This document shows, in pieces, positions 20,066-32,300 of a DNA stretch of 64,000 nucleotides. Below the pieces are notes generated by a model that saw nothing but the letters and a program-made list of their open reading frames with translations, ran no database searches and was not told where the DNA came from. This DNA comes from Candidatus Spongiisociaceae bacterium (GTDB lineage Bacteria; Actinomycetota; Acidimicrobiia; Spongiisociales; Spongiisociaceae). The stretch spans positions 4,192,001-4,256,000 of the forward strand of contig CBDCOH010000002.1 of assembly GCA_965219685.1 (NCBI GenBank). Reading direction: 5' to 3'. The position numbers were made by a program, and so were the translations under genes. How positions within the stretch are numbered: the stretch's first letter is position 1; the number at the start of each line of letters is the position of its first letter.

Positions 20066-22450
20066 TCATCTTGCGGGCAACTCGGGGGTGTTGCCCTTGG
20101 GCATGCGGTAGCCGACGCGTAGTTCGGTGAAGATGTAGGTTGGGTTCTCAGCATTGTCGCCCAGTTTGCGCCGCAGGCTGCTTATCGCGGTACGCATGGG
20201 TCGTATGTCGGCGTCGGCGTCGAGTCCCCAGACCCGTCTGAGTAGGTGCCGGTAGGTGAGGACGCGTCCTGCGTTGGCCGAGAGTTCCGCGAGGGTTCGG
20301 TACTCGATGGCGGTTAGTTGGACGGGCTGGTCGGCGACGCTTACACGGCGTTCGGTGTAGTTGATGGTCAGGTCCTCCAGGACGTACGTCTGTGTGGGCT
20401 GGGGTGTGTGCTGTCTGCGTAGGCTTGCTCTGATACGGGCTGCGAGTTCTACTGGTGAGAATGGCTTGACGATGTAGTCGGCGGCTCCGGCATCGAGGGC
20501 GCCGGCGACGAGTTGGTCCTGGCCGTAGGCTGATAGGAAGATGACCGGCAGGTCTGCGGTGGTCGTGATCTGTTTCATCAACTCGATTCCGTCGGTGCCC
20601 GGCAGCATTAGGTCGAGGAGGACGAGGTCGGGGTTCTTGTCGTGCACGAGGGGTAACGCTTCGGCTGGGTCGGTCGTGACGATGGGTGTGTAGCCCGACT
20701 TGGTGAGGGCTTGTTGGACGTATCTGAGCGTTTGGGGGTCGTCGTCGACCGCTAGTACCCGTGTCTGCTCTTCGGTCTGCTGTGCCGAGGAGGGGGTCGG
20801 TGACGGAACGGCCGCCAGGGGAGAGACGTATCCGGCGTCTTCGATTGTGGGGATGGTAAAGGTGAACTTCGCACCGAGTCCCGGGCCGTCGCTGTCGGCC
20901 CAGATGCGGCCTCCGTGGGCTTCGACTATTCCCTTGCAGATCGCAAGGCCTAGGCCGGTGTCGCCTCTCTGGTCGTCGGTGTCTATGCGGGAGAACTTCC
21001 GGAACAGGTGGGGCAGGCTCTCTGCGGGGATGCCACTGCCCTCGTCCGAGATCGATACGGCCACCTGCAGGTCTTCGCGGGTGGCGGCTAGCTGGATGGG
21101 GGACTTCTCGGGGGAGTTCCTGGCGGCGTTGGCCAACAGGTTGGCCAGCACTTGGATCATGCGGGGCCGGTCGGCCATCACCCAGGGAAGATCCCTCTCC
21201 AGGTCGGCGTCGATCCGGTGCCTGCCTCCGCCGCTCCGGAACGTGTTCCTGGCTTCGCCTATCAGCGTGGCGATGTCGGTGGGTTCAGGAGAGATCGCCA
21301 GGGTGCCCGTCTCGATGCGGGCCACGTCGAGCAGGTCGCTGATCAGCACGTGCATCCGGTCGATCTGGGCATTGATGATCTTGAAGAACTGGCGCATCTC
21401 GGTAGGACCCAACGCGTTGGGCGGGTCCAGCAGGGTCGCGATCGAGCCCTTGACCGACGTGAGCGGCGTGCGCAGTTCGTGGCTCACCATCGCCAGGAAC
21501 TCGGCCCGCAGCCGCTCCAGCTCGTGCAGCTGGGTCAAGTCCTGGAGGGTCACGACGAAGGACTCGGTCTGCCCGTCGTCGGAGCGGATGGGTGTGGCGT
21601 TGACCAGCGTAGTGACGCTTCGGCCGTCGGGGACCCTCATGACTATCTCCTCGGCCCGTACCGTCTCACCCCAGCTCAGCGCCTCGGCTATCGAGAACTC
21701 CTCGAGCGAGACCTGCCGACCGTCGGCTCGGACGACGGTCATCACGTCCAGGAGGTCCTCCGGTGGCCGCCCCGGTGTTCGGAGGCCGTCGAGGATTCTC
21801 ACGGCTTCCGGGTTGAACGACACCGGTGCTCCGGTTCTGGCGTCGAGGACGGCGACCCCCACAGGTGAGGTGTTGATCAGTGTCTGGAGGTCGGTTCTCG
21901 CCCTCTGCTCGTCGCGGTACCGGCGGGCGTTGGCGATGACGAGCGCTGCCTGGGAGGCGAACATCACCAGGACTTCCTCGTCTTCCTGGGTGAAGTCCTG
22001 TCCCCTTTCCTCCCTCCCTACGTAGATGTTGCCCACTGGTTCTCCCTGGTGGCGGATCGGCGCGGTCAGCAGCGGACCGACCGCCATGGGGAGAACGTCG
22101 GGAAGCCCGACCGAGGAAAGGTGGTGGCGGGAGTCCCCGACCCGTAGCGGCCGCTCCAGTCCGCTGAGGTATTCGAACACCAGCAGGCCTTCGGGCGGGG
22201 AGTCGTCTAGGGTTTGGCGGTGGTCGGGTGAGATGCCGGAGGTCACGAAGTCGGGCGGTCTGCCCGACCCGTCCAGGGTAGTGATCACCCCGTAGCGCGA
22301 GTCCGTCAATGCTCGGGCGGACTCGACGACTTCCTTGAGCACGGTGTCGAAGTCGAGGCTCTCGTTGATACGCAGGCTGGCTTCGGACAGCCGGGACAAC
22401 CGATCCCTCAACGCCCGTATCGCCACGTCCCGGGGGTCGTCTGGGTTCAT
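20066..22450 (-). CDS. Soluble hybrid sensor kinase/response regulator: GAF-PAS-HisKA-HATPase-REC-OmpR wHTH (KdpD/KdpE-like fusion)
   Basis: H-box SHELRTPL; N-box NLLANA; DEGSGI and GLGLAICK; REC VDDD..LLDLMLPG..KPF; wHTH RVWG...NPTYIFTELRVGYRM. No TM segment seen. Confidence 0.9.
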   Translation of the reverse strand: MNPDDPRDVAIRALRDRLSRLSEASLRINESLDFDTVLKEVVESARALTDSRYGVITTLDGSGRPPDFVTSGISPDHRQTLDDSPPEGLLVFEYLSGLERPLRVGDSRHHLSSVGLPDVLPMAVGPLLTAPIRHQGEPVGNIYVGREERGQDFTQEDEEVLVMFASQAALVIANARRYRDEQRARTDLQTLINTSPVGVAVLDARTGAPVSFNPEAVRILDGLRTPGRPPEDLLDVMTVVRADGRQVSLEEFSIAEALSWGETVRAEEIVMRVPDGRSVTTLVNATPIRSDDGQTESFVVTLQDLTQLHELERLRAEFLAMVSHELRTPLTSVKGSIATLLDPPNALGPTEMRQFFKIINAQIDRMHVLISDLLDVARIETGTLAISPEPTDIATLIGEARNTFRSGGGRHRIDADLERDLPWVMADRPRMIQVLANLLANAARNSPEKSPIQLAATREDLQVAVSISDEGSGIPAESLPHLFRKFSRIDTDDQRGDTGLGLAICKGIVEAHGGRIWADSDGPGLGAKFTFTIPTIEDAGYVSPLAAVPSPTPSSAQQTEEQTRVLAVDDDPQTLRYVQQALTKSGYTPIVTTDPAEALPLVHDKNPDLVLLDLMLPGTDGIELMKQITTTADLPVIFLSAYGQDQLVAGALDAGAADYIVKPFSPVELAARIRASLRRQHTPQPTQTYVLEDLTINYTERRVSVADQPVQLTAIEYRTLAELSANAGRVLTYRHLLRRVWGLDADADIRPMRTAISSLRRKLGDNAENPTYIFTELRVGYRMPKGNTPELPAR

Positions 22451-22563
22451 CTCTACACCTCGGTTGGATTGTGGAACGGCCTGCTACTACCAACTCGAGA
22501 CGGACAGGTCCTGCAGCCCGTGTTGGAAGTTGTCAGGAATGATCTAAGCAGTCTGAGCCAAAG

Positions 22564-22625
22564 TTTATAGCCATTTGATATAGATTGCCAGTTACCTCAT
22601 GGTTATCTTACATTAACGCTTGTTC
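22564..22625 (+). promoter_or_regulatory. Conserved element, copy E (boxes and -35 only)
   Basis: TTTATA-N5-TTGATA-N13-ACCTCA-N5-ATCTTA-N9-TTGTTC. It overlaps the 3' end of 22603..25593 and lies upstream of the regulator gene. Confidence 0.7.
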
Positions 22626-25593
22626 GGGTGATGTCGAGACTGTATGTCTTGCGGGTGGTGGCATCCGCCGAGATCACGGTCATGTGTACGGTGGTGACCG
22701 ACGGCGCCGCGTCGAGTTCGATCTGCCAGATGGTGGTGATTCCTGGAACGATCCGCTTGACCTCGATGGGCTGATCGTTGGCTGTGACCTGCACCGTGGC
22801 CTCTCCGGACGAGGCTTCGAGATACAGGTCCACGTGATCGACCGAGGGGCCGACTGTTCCCGAGTATGACGTTACGTGTCGTTCGAAGCTCGGTGCGAGA
22901 TCGAGGAGGGTCGGCGCGGACATGCTTGCCAGGTCGGCATCATCGTCGTCGGACGGGGCAACACGCGTGACATCAATCGTGTACTCGCCTACCGCACCGT
23001 CGTTGGCGAGGACTTCCACCGTGATCGGTGTGGTCGTGGCTCGCCCGTCGAGCCCGATCGCACCCAGCGCAACCTGGTGTCCTAGCGTATTCGGGTCGGC
23101 ATCAGCCGGGGAGATTGCCACCACGGCACCGGATTCGGGGGTGGTCGCCGCCACGGTCACCTGGGATCTTGTGGTGGGCACTATCGCCTTGTAGGAGACG
23201 GCGGCCGGGCTGAACAACCGGTTCAGCGGGACTCCATCGAGGCTCAACGAGTCGAGCGTCGCCACCCGGACGACCGACAACTGGTAGGTGCCCGTGGTGC
23301 CGTCGCTGCCGCTGACCGAGATGTACAGGGTGCCGGCCCCGCCGGACCCGATTATGAATCGGCTGTTGGCGCCGGTCCCGCTGTCGTCATCGGTGGTCCT
23401 CGGGATCGGACTGCCGGTGGCGTCGTACACGCCGATCAGCATCGGGTCGCCAAGAGTGCCGTCGCCGCTGGGTTCGCCCTTCACGTCGATAGCGAAGTGG
23501 TCGTTGCCGGCGGGAAGGGTAACGGCGAACCAGTCATGGTCGCCGGGGAAGTCAATCGATCCCTCCGAGTGAGTGCCGTCGGCCGTGACGGTGGCCGTCG
23601 TCGTGGTGTCTGCGGGGTAGTCATTGAACAACGCGACGGTGTAGTCGACAGTACTCAGCCCGCCGGGCTCGGACACGCTTACGGTGAGATCGGTAACGCC
23701 CTGCTGCGGCACTTCGACCTGGTGGCCGGAGGCGTTGGTGTCGGCGTCGGTGGGCGAGATGGACACCTCAAGCGGAGGAGACGCCGTCTCGGGCGTCGCT
23801 TCCACCGTCACGGTCCCCGCGGCATGGTCCATCCGGTAGGCGAACCTCGCACTCGGATAGAGCGACGGGACCGCCGCGCCATCGATGGTGAGGGTGCTCA
23901 GGCGGGGGCCCCGCACCGGCTGGGAAGTGAGGGTGATGCTGAGTTCATACTCGCGCTGACGCCCGTCCCTGCTGAAGTGCTGGACCAGCTCGAGCACATA
24001 CGGCCCGGCATCGAGCGTGGCATCGATCCCCGGCACGGGCGAGCATGGATACTCGAAGAACCCGCACAGGTGGCCGCTGCGGTGGTCGGGGGCGTGCATC
24101 ACGTGTCTGATCTCGGTGCCGTCGGGGGCGCGCAGGACGTAGTGGTGGGCGGTGGGGAACTCCGTCAGCCTGATGGCGACATCGCTGGTGTCGGCGACAT
24201 CGAAGCGGTAGAAGCGAGCGTATCCCGTCGTCCGGTACCCGGGCAGCGCATTCCGGTCGTCCTTGTAGGTGAGGATCGACCGGCATGCCGGTCGCCACCT
24301 GCCGCTTGCGGTAAGTGTGGCGCCGTTCGCGGTGAGCTCGCGGAGGTTGCAGCCGTTGGGCAGTTCCACCGTGACTTCTCGTGCTACGTCGGGTCCGGGG
24401 ACGGTCACCCGGGGGTGGTTGCGGACCTGACGTCCGTCCGGCGCGCACACCGCGGCGGGTTGAGCGCAGTCCGCGGCAGGGGGCAGCGCAACCGTGATGT
24501 CGTCGTTCCCGGCGGGCTGCGCCCGGATAGTCCACGAGCGGGTGCCGGAGCCAGTGGCGCGCACATCGATAAGGGTGGCGCCGGTGACCGTCAGCGCGTG
24601 GTCGCGTAGCTGCTGAGCGCTGACCGACAGGCCTTCCTCGTCGAGCACGAACTGCAGCTCGAAGGGCGTCGTGCCGTCGTGAGAGTCGGGCACGCCGGAG
24701 AAACGCGCCGACGGCGGCGCCGGCGCGCGGCCGTCCAGAGATCCTGAGCCCTCGAACGCGAGCGACACATGCACCGAACCGCCCGGCTCGCCCAGCACGC
24801 CTTCGGACGGCCACCAGAACGCACTCGCCGTCGCGATCCAGGGGCGCAGGCTCTCGCTGCCCACGAACTTCGTGCCGCCCACCGACAGCACGAAGTCAGC
24901 GCTCAACTCCGAACGCAATGCGAAGTACAGGCCGCCCGCGTGCTCGATCAGCACCAGCACCTGCACCGATGCGCCGTTCACCTCGAAACGGTCCGGCGAC
25001 AACGAGCCCGATCCCGACCATCGCGAGTACCCCGCCGTCGCCGGAACCGAAGACCCATCGCTGCCCACCGACAGCACCGCGGTCCATACGGGTCCGGGTT
25101 CGGGTTGGGGCTCGGGCGCGGCCGGAGTGTTGGCGCGAACGAACCGCGAGCGGGTGCTGAGCCCGTGCAGGTTGCGGGCCTTGATCCGGTAGACGTAGCG
25201 TGTGGATGCTTCGACGGTGGTGTCGGTGTAGCTGGTGGCGTTGGCGGCGACGGTGTCGTCGATGATGTCGAACTCGCCTGCGGCTTGCGCGGCGCGGTTG
25301 CGGCGGAGGATCTGGTAGCCGGTGACCGAGGAGTCTTCCGGGTCGTTCCATGTCAGCGTCACCGAGTCATGGGCGACCGCATCAACCACCAGTCCCTGCG
25401 GGGCGTCGGGTGCGGTCCCGGTCTTTGTTGCTGCGGCGACTACTGCTGCTGTTACCAGTGTCACGAGGGCAGCGATGAGGAGTACGGTCATCGAGCGCGC
25501 GGTCAGGTTCGCGGGTCCGGATCCCGGGATGGTCGGATGAGGGCTGGTGTCTAGGGTCTTGTCTGCTCTGCGAGCATGACGGTGCTTGCCCAT
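22603..25593 (-). CDS. Secreted multi-domain surface protein: Fn3, cadherin-like beta-sandwich and PPC-like domains
   Basis: Start MGKHRH at 25593 follows the conserved leader. Shared N-terminal Fn3; GDHDWFAV..GTYQLSV PPC-like segment; ADLASM..F...VTSY cadherin-like modules. Confidence 0.8.
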   Translation of the reverse strand: MGKHRHARRADKTLDTSPHPTIPGSGPANLTARSMTVLLIAALVTLVTAAVVAAATKTGTAPDAPQGLVVDAVAHDSVTLTWNDPEDSSVTGYQILRRNRAAQAAGEFDIIDDTVAANATSYTDTTVEASTRYVYRIKARNLHGLSTRSRFVRANTPAAPEPQPEPGPVWTAVLSVGSDGSSVPATAGYSRWSGSGSLSPDRFEVNGASVQVLVLIEHAGGLYFALRSELSADFVLSVGGTKFVGSESLRPWIATASAFWWPSEGVLGEPGGSVHVSLAFEGSGSLDGRAPAPPSARFSGVPDSHDGTTPFELQFVLDEEGLSVSAQQLRDHALTVTGATLIDVRATGSGTRSWTIRAQPAGNDDITVALPPAADCAQPAAVCAPDGRQVRNHPRVTVPGPDVAREVTVELPNGCNLRELTANGATLTASGRWRPACRSILTYKDDRNALPGYRTTGYARFYRFDVADTSDVAIRLTEFPTAHHYVLRAPDGTEIRHVMHAPDHRSGHLCGFFEYPCSPVPGIDATLDAGPYVLELVQHFSRDGRQREYELSITLTSQPVRGPRLSTLTIDGAAVPSLYPSARFAYRMDHAAGTVTVEATPETASPPLEVSISPTDADTNASGHQVEVPQQGVTDLTVSVSEPGGLSTVDYTVALFNDYPADTTTTATVTADGTHSEGSIDFPGDHDWFAVTLPAGNDHFAIDVKGEPSGDGTLGDPMLIGVYDATGSPIPRTTDDDSGTGANSRFIIGSGGAGTLYISVSGSDGTTGTYQLSVVRVATLDSLSLDGVPLNRLFSPAAVSYKAIVPTTRSQVTVAATTPESGAVVAISPADADPNTLGHQVALGAIGLDGRATTTPITVEVLANDGAVGEYTIDVTRVAPSDDDDADLASMSAPTLLDLAPSFERHVTSYSGTVGPSVDHVDLYLEASSGEATVQVTANDQPIEVKRIVPGITTIWQIELDAAPSVTTVHMTVISADATTRKTYSLDITRTSVNVR

Positions 25594-25734
25594 ACTCTCG
25601 GACCTCTGTCTCTCCCGTGGCCGGTTGCTCCGTGCCACATGTGGTGTCGGCGGTATTCGGGGCGTCCCATTCTATCTAAGGTAGTATTAGTTATTCATGA
25701 GATCTTGCATCTAGTAGTATTAGATTACTATGAA
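25594..25734 (-). promoter_or_regulatory. Conserved element, copy F (internally deleted/degenerate)
   Basis: TTCATA-N5-CTAATA-N14-ATCTCA, plus the 3' block ACCGGCCACGGGAGAG..GAGT-ATGGGCAAG. Confidence 0.55.
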
Positions 25735-26104
25735 GTCCCGGCGCGGTCGGGTTGTACGGCGGACTATCACAGGGCCGGTCCGGCGTCGGAGGGTAGACCG
25801 CACCCCGGAACGATCCAGGATGCCGATTGCAAGGGGAGATTGTGGAGACGCCACACGGTCCCCGCTGGCTTGAAGAGGGATACTGCGGAAGAAGACCCGT
25901 TGGGATTGAGGCTTGGGCCGGCGCGGTCGGTCCGGATGTGGCCTCTGTCTCGGGACTCGACGGCGGCGACGACACACGTCCGATGCGTACCTCGATAGGC
26001 GGCCTGCCGGCGCAACCAGGGCGACAACGCCGAGAGCCAACCTAACGTCTGTTACAGCCCGGATCGGGACGTTGGCTGGGGTGAAACCAGCCGTTTCGGT
26101 AGAG

Positions 26105-26367
26105 TTTATAGAAATTTGATATCAGTAGCTCATTATCTTATGACAATCTTACGCTAACGCTTGTGGCATAGGCGGTTTTCGAGCATCATTTGGATTGAGG
26201 TCCGTGCGGGTATGGAACAAGGCCAGCCCGGTTCCCAGTGAAGGAGTGGCCGGAGACCCCTACAGGTGGTGGCAGCCCTGCGGCCTCAGCGATCAGCCGG
26301 GACTTGGTCGGTGCCGCATTCTGGTGCAAGTCGACCGGCCACGGGAGAGGCAAGAGATCCCGGGAGT
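26105..26367 (+). promoter_or_regulatory. Conserved promoter/leader element, copy G
   Basis: TTTATA-N5-TTGATA-N13-ATCTTA-N5-ATCTTA-N9-TTGTGG-N17-CATCAT, then the leader to ATG 26368. Confidence 0.8.
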
Positions 26368-29300
26368 ATGGGCAAACAGCGTCGGGTCCGTCTAGCGGCC
26401 AACAAAGAACGGGAAGCTCTCAACGGAGCGGAGCAGGAGGGGATCTCCAGCGGAGCAGTACCCGTACCCCGCCTGGGATACGGATATGTGCTGCCGTCTC
26501 TTCTCGTCGTCTTGTTGGGGGCTGCGGTGCTGGCGGCGGCGGCGCAGGAGGCTACGCCGTTTCCGGATGTTCCTCCGGATGCCTACTACGCGGAGCCTGT
26601 TAGCACACTTGCGGCCGTGGGGGTCTTTGTGGGCACTGAGTGTGATGAGGGGTTCTGCCCTGAGGAGGATATAGATCGCGTCACTGTGGCGGTGTGGGCT
26701 GTTCGTGTGCTGGACGGAGCGGATCCCCCGCGGGTTGCGTCAACGCGTTTCGGGGACGTGGCCGGCACGCATCCTTTCGCGGCGTTCGTCGAGCGCCTAG
26801 CGGTGCTTGGCGTCACCCAGGGATGCGGGGACGGTAGTGACTTCTGCCCTGACAGGACCGTTACCCGCGCCCAGATGGCTGCCTTCCTGGCGCGAGCGTT
26901 CGGTCTGGCGGCGGGTCCTGACCCTGGCTTCAGCGATGTACCGTCGGGTGCTTGGTACGCGGCAAGTGTCGCCAGGCTTGCCGCTTCGGGTATCACCAAG
27001 GGATGCGGGGACGGCACGATGTTCTGCCCGGACCGGGCTGTTACCAGGGCACAGATGGCCACGTTCCTTGCGCGCGCCTTGGAGTTCGCGAACGAACGCT
27101 CCGGCGGGGGAGAAGGCTCTGGAGGCGGTGGCTCCGGCGGTGGAGGCGGTGGTGGCTCCGGTGGCGGTGGTGGCGGTGGCGGCTCGACACTGTCTCAGCG
27201 GCAGGTGCAGGCGCCGGGCGCGCCCCAGAGTGTGGTGATGGCAGTGCGGGGGGATACGACTCTTGAAGTGCTGTGGGATTCGCCGCACAGCGATGGGGGC
27301 GACTCGAACCTGTCGTACGTGGTACAGCGCCGTCCGGGGGCGCTGGGGATCTGGTCATCGACGCGCGTGACGGTGACGCCTTCCGAGTCGGGCACCGGGC
27401 ACCGGGCCGAGATGGAGGGCCTGGTGAACGGGGTGACCTACCAGATCCGGGTGGCGGCGAGGAACAGTGGCGGGACCGGGTCGTTCGTGGTGGTGGAGGG
27501 CCAACCGGTCGGGACGCGGGCGCCGGGCGATCCGACCAGCCTCTCGGTTCGGGCCGGCAGGAACCAGCTGTCGGTGTCGTGGCGGGCCCCGTCCGATCGG
27601 GGCGGGTACGCATCCGTTACCTACGAGGTGCAGTATCGGGTGGCCGACACCGGCGGCTGGACCACGTTCGCGACTGACGAGACGGGCACATCGGTGACCA
27701 TCACCGGCCTGGACAACGGCGTCGAGTACCAGGTCCGGGTCGCGGCCAGGAACCCGGTGCTGTCCAGCCGCTATGTCGAGGGAACGGGAACACCGACCGG
27801 GAGCGGGCCGAGTGTGCCTCGCTTCGTGTCGGTAACGGCCGAGTTCGAGCGGTTGTCGGTGTCGTGGCAGGAGCCGGAGGATCCGGGCGGGTATGACCTT
27901 TCGTTGTTGAGCTATTCGGTGCTGTATCGGGAGAGCGGCGGCGGGGCCTGGACGACGTTCGCTTCGGACGAGACGGGCATTTCGGTGACGATCACCGGTC
28001 TGGACAACGGCGTCGAGTATCAGGTGCAGGTCGCGGCCAGGAACCCGGCCGGTTCAAGCGGCAGCATCACGAGGGCGGGCACGCCGGTCGGGAATCTGCC
28101 GGGAGCGCCGACGATCGACACCGTGACGGCCGGCAACAGGTCGCTGGAGGTGGAATGGAGCGCCCCGTCGAACACCGGCGGGTACGCCGATTCGTTCTTG
28201 ACCTATTCGGTTCAGTACCGCAAGGGCAGCAGCGGTAGTTTCACGACTTTTGCTTCCGGGGTGACGGGTACGTCGGTGACGATCACCGGTCTGGACAACG
28301 GCGACGAGTACGAGGTGCAGGTCGAGGCGGTGAACCCGGCCGGCGCCAGCGGCTACACCACGTCGGCCAGGGGCACGCCGGTGGGCATTGCGCCGGGCAA
28401 GCCTGGCAGTGTCTCGCTGATCGCGGGCAACGGCTCGTTGAGGGTCGACTGGCAGAAGCCGTCGACCGGTGGCTATGCCGATTCGTTCTTGACCTATTCG
28501 GTTCAGTACCGCAAGGGCAGCAGCGGTAGTTTCACGACTTTTGCTTCCGGGGTGACGGGTACGTCGGTGACGATCACCGGTCTGGACAACGGCGACGAGT
28601 ACGAGGTGCAGGTCGAGGCGGTGAACCCGGCCGGCGCCAGCGGCTACACCACGTCGGCCAGGGGCACGCCGGTGGGCACCAAGCCCGAAGCGCCGACGGG
28701 TGTGTCCGTTACCGCGGGAAGGAACCAGATGTCGGTGTCGTGGACTGCGCCGTCGGTCACCGGCGGTTACAACGCCTCGGATCTGACCTATTCGGTTCAG
28801 TACCGCAAGGGCAGCACGGGAGGCTGGACCACCTTTGCCTCCGCGGAGACCGCCACGTCGGTGACGATCACCGGCCTCGACAACGGCTACGAGTATCAGG
28901 TGCAGATCGCCGCCAGGAACCCGGGGAACTTCGTCAGTACCTACAGCGATCCGGAGTCGGCCACGCCGGTGGGAGATGCTCCTGACAAACCGACCAACGT
29001 GTCGGTCACCGTGGGCAAGAACCGGTTGTCGGTGTCGTGGAACGCGCCGTCGGGAACCGGAGGGTATGCCTCCTCTTTCCTCACCTACACCGTCGAGTTC
29101 CGGGAGGGAAGCACCGGACAATGGTCCACCGACGGTGTGAACGTGTCGGGCCGCTCCGCGACGATCACCGGCCTCGACAACGGGGTGGAGTACGAGGTGC
29201 AGGTCGAGGCGGTGAACCCGGCCGGAGGTAGCGGCTTCACCGACCCCCAGTCGGGCACCCCGAGGGGCGACCGGCCCGGTACACCGACCATTGACGGGGT

Positions 29301-32300
29301 GAGGGCGGGTAACGGGTCGCTCGAGGTGTCGTGGACCGCGCCGACGGACACCGGAGACTACGCCTCTTCGTTCCTGGCCTATGTGGTGCAGTACCGCAAG
29401 GGCAGCAGCGGAAGCTTCACGACGTACGCTTCGGACGAGACGGGTACGTCGGTGACGATCACCGGCCTCGACAACGGTGACGAGTACCAGGTGCAGGTGG
29501 CCACCAAGAACCCGGCCGGGACCAGCGGCTACGTCACTGCCACGGAAACGCCGGTAGGGACTGCCCCGGATGCGCCGACGATCGACACCGTGAGGGCGGG
29601 TAACGGGTCGCTCGAGGTGTCGTGGACCGCGCCGACGGACACCGGAGACTACGCCTCTTCGTTCCTGGCCTATGTGGTGCAGTACCGCAAGGGCAGCAGC
29701 GGAAGCTTCACGACGTACGCTTCGGACGAGACGGGTACGTCGGTGACGATCACCGGCCTCGACAACGGTGACGAGTACCAGGTGCAGGTGGCCACCAAGA
29801 ACCCGGCCGGGACCAGCGGCTTCGACACCGCCACGGGAACGCCGGTGGGGACCATGCCGGGCAAGCCGGGCAGCCTCTCGGCACAGGCCCGCAACGCTGC
29901 ACTGCTGGTGTCATGGGCGGCTCCGTCGAACCTCGGCGGGTATGACGCCTCCTTCCTGACCTATTCGGTCCAGTACCGGGAAGGCAGCAGCGGGAGCTTC
30001 ACGACGTTCGCTTCGGACGAGACGGGTACGTCGGTGACGATCACCGGTCTGGACAACGGTACGGAGTACGAGGTGCAGGTCGAGGCGAAGAACCCGGCCG
30101 GGTCCAGCGGTTACACCACGCCGGTGAAGGGAACGCCGGTGGGTACCGAGCCCAGCGCGGTACGCAACCCTGCGGTGACCAGTGACGGCGACGGCGAGCT
30201 GGACGTGTCATGGGATGCGCCCGACGACCACGGCGGGTACTCCACGCTGACCTACGTGGTCGAGCGCCGGAAGGCCGCCGGCAACCGAAGCTGGTCGGAT
30301 GCCGGCGTGACCATCTCAGGGACGACTGCCACGATCACCGGCCTCGACGTCGGCGAGGAGTACGACGTGCAGGTCGCGGCAACCAACGGCGCCGGCACCG
30401 GTCCGTACGAGGAACTTTCCGGCACGCCGGAGGGATCGCTGCCGGGAGCGCCGGGCAACCTGATGGTCACGGCCGGAAGCAGGCAGCTCAGCCTGTCGTG
30501 GGATGCGGCGGACGACGGCGGGTACGACTCGGTGAGCTATGTAGTCGAGTACCGAACCGGCACCGACGAGTGGTCCGTGTTCGCCGAGTCGAACAGCACC
30601 GACACCGCGGCAGTGATCACCGGTCTGGTCAACGGCACGTCCTACGACGTCCGGGTCGCGGCAACCAACGTCAGGGGCCGCGGGCCGGACACCGCTTCGA
30701 CGGGCACTCCGGTGGGAACGGTCCCGGGAGCCCCGAGACACGTTGCCGCACGCCCCGGCCACGAGTCGCTGGAGATCACCTGGAGCGTGCCCGCCAGCAC
30801 CGGCGGATACGGCGCGGCGACCCTGACCTACACCGTCGAGTTCAAGGAGAGCGGGAGCACCGACGACTGGTCGGACACCGGGGTGACCGTCACCGGCACG
30901 GCGGCGGAGATCACCGGCCTCACCAACGACACGGCATACCAGGTGCGGGTTGGTGCCTCCAACGCGGCCGGCACCGGCACCCAGTACGGCACCGTGACCG
31001 CAACCCCGGCCAAGAGCTTCAAGCCGCGCGACGTGGTTGTGACCGGCGGCGGCAGAAGCTTGGTCGTCACCTGGTCGGCGCCCGCCGCGCCCGCCGGCGA
31101 GATCACCACCTACGACATCCGGTACCGGCAGGACGGCACCGACACATGGACGACCGTGTCGTCGGTCACCTCCCCCCACACCATCTCCTCTCTGATGGCG
31201 AACACCAGCTACGACGTGCAGGTGGGCACCAACGACACGTCAGCCAACCCGACCGTCTGGTCGGACACCGTCACCAGGTCGACCCGTGCGGCGCCGGGCC
31301 GGCCCTGGGGGCTGAAGAGCCAGGCCCAGTTGACCGAGACCAAGCTCCACATCCGCTGGAGCATCCCGACCAGCGGGGTGATAACCGGATACAAGATCCA
31401 ATGGAGACGAGACGGCGATGACTGGGATCCCTCCAGGCGGCAGACGACGAAGCGTTACCCGACGAGTCCCGCCAACGTTCTGGATGCCGAGATCAATGTC
31501 GGCAGCGCGAAGGACAACGACGGCGACGGCACCGAGTGGCAGATCCGAATCATGGCCTACAACAACGGCGGCGACAGCGAGCCGATCGAGATCGACTACA
31601 CCCAGCTCCACACGGTTGCCGAATACAACGCGTGGGCCGAGGACAACATCATCGAACCGCTCGAGGAGGACTGGCCGTGGCTGCGCGCCGTGTGGGACTT
31701 CCTCGACTCACGGCCGGGCGCCAACCTCAAGGTCGCGAACACATCGAGCTACCAGGGCCGCACCAGGCTCAACCTGATCAGAGATCCGAGAGCCGCCAAC
31801 GACAACCTGCCCGTATCCACGCTCACGGACGTGTCCATGAGGAAGGCCTTGAGGCGGGAGGATCCGGAGCACCTGTCCGCGTTCATCCATGAACTGGCCC
31901 ATGTGTACGCCCAGACAACCGACATCGCCGACTGGATCGACGATGTCGCGCTCATCGGCATGGTCTACCTGTACGTGAACGAGGAGTACGAGAACTCGCC
32001 ATTCGACGCGGAGTGCGTGGCTCACGAACTGATGGCCGACATGATCCAGTACGTGGTGATGAAGGACGCCGACGCCGATGCCGAGAACGGCGACCTGTCC
32101 AGCCTGTTCAACCTGCCCGCATCGGCGCACCAGTACCTCGAGTACTGGCTGCTGTGCAACCACGTGGGGTCCTCTCCGACATCCGACGACGAGACCTTTA
32201 TCCGCAGCGTCCTGGAAGGTGACATCCCGGACTGGTTCACCGACACCTACGGCGGATCCAGCAGCGACATCTACACCCGCGACTACGACGGCGATGCGGC

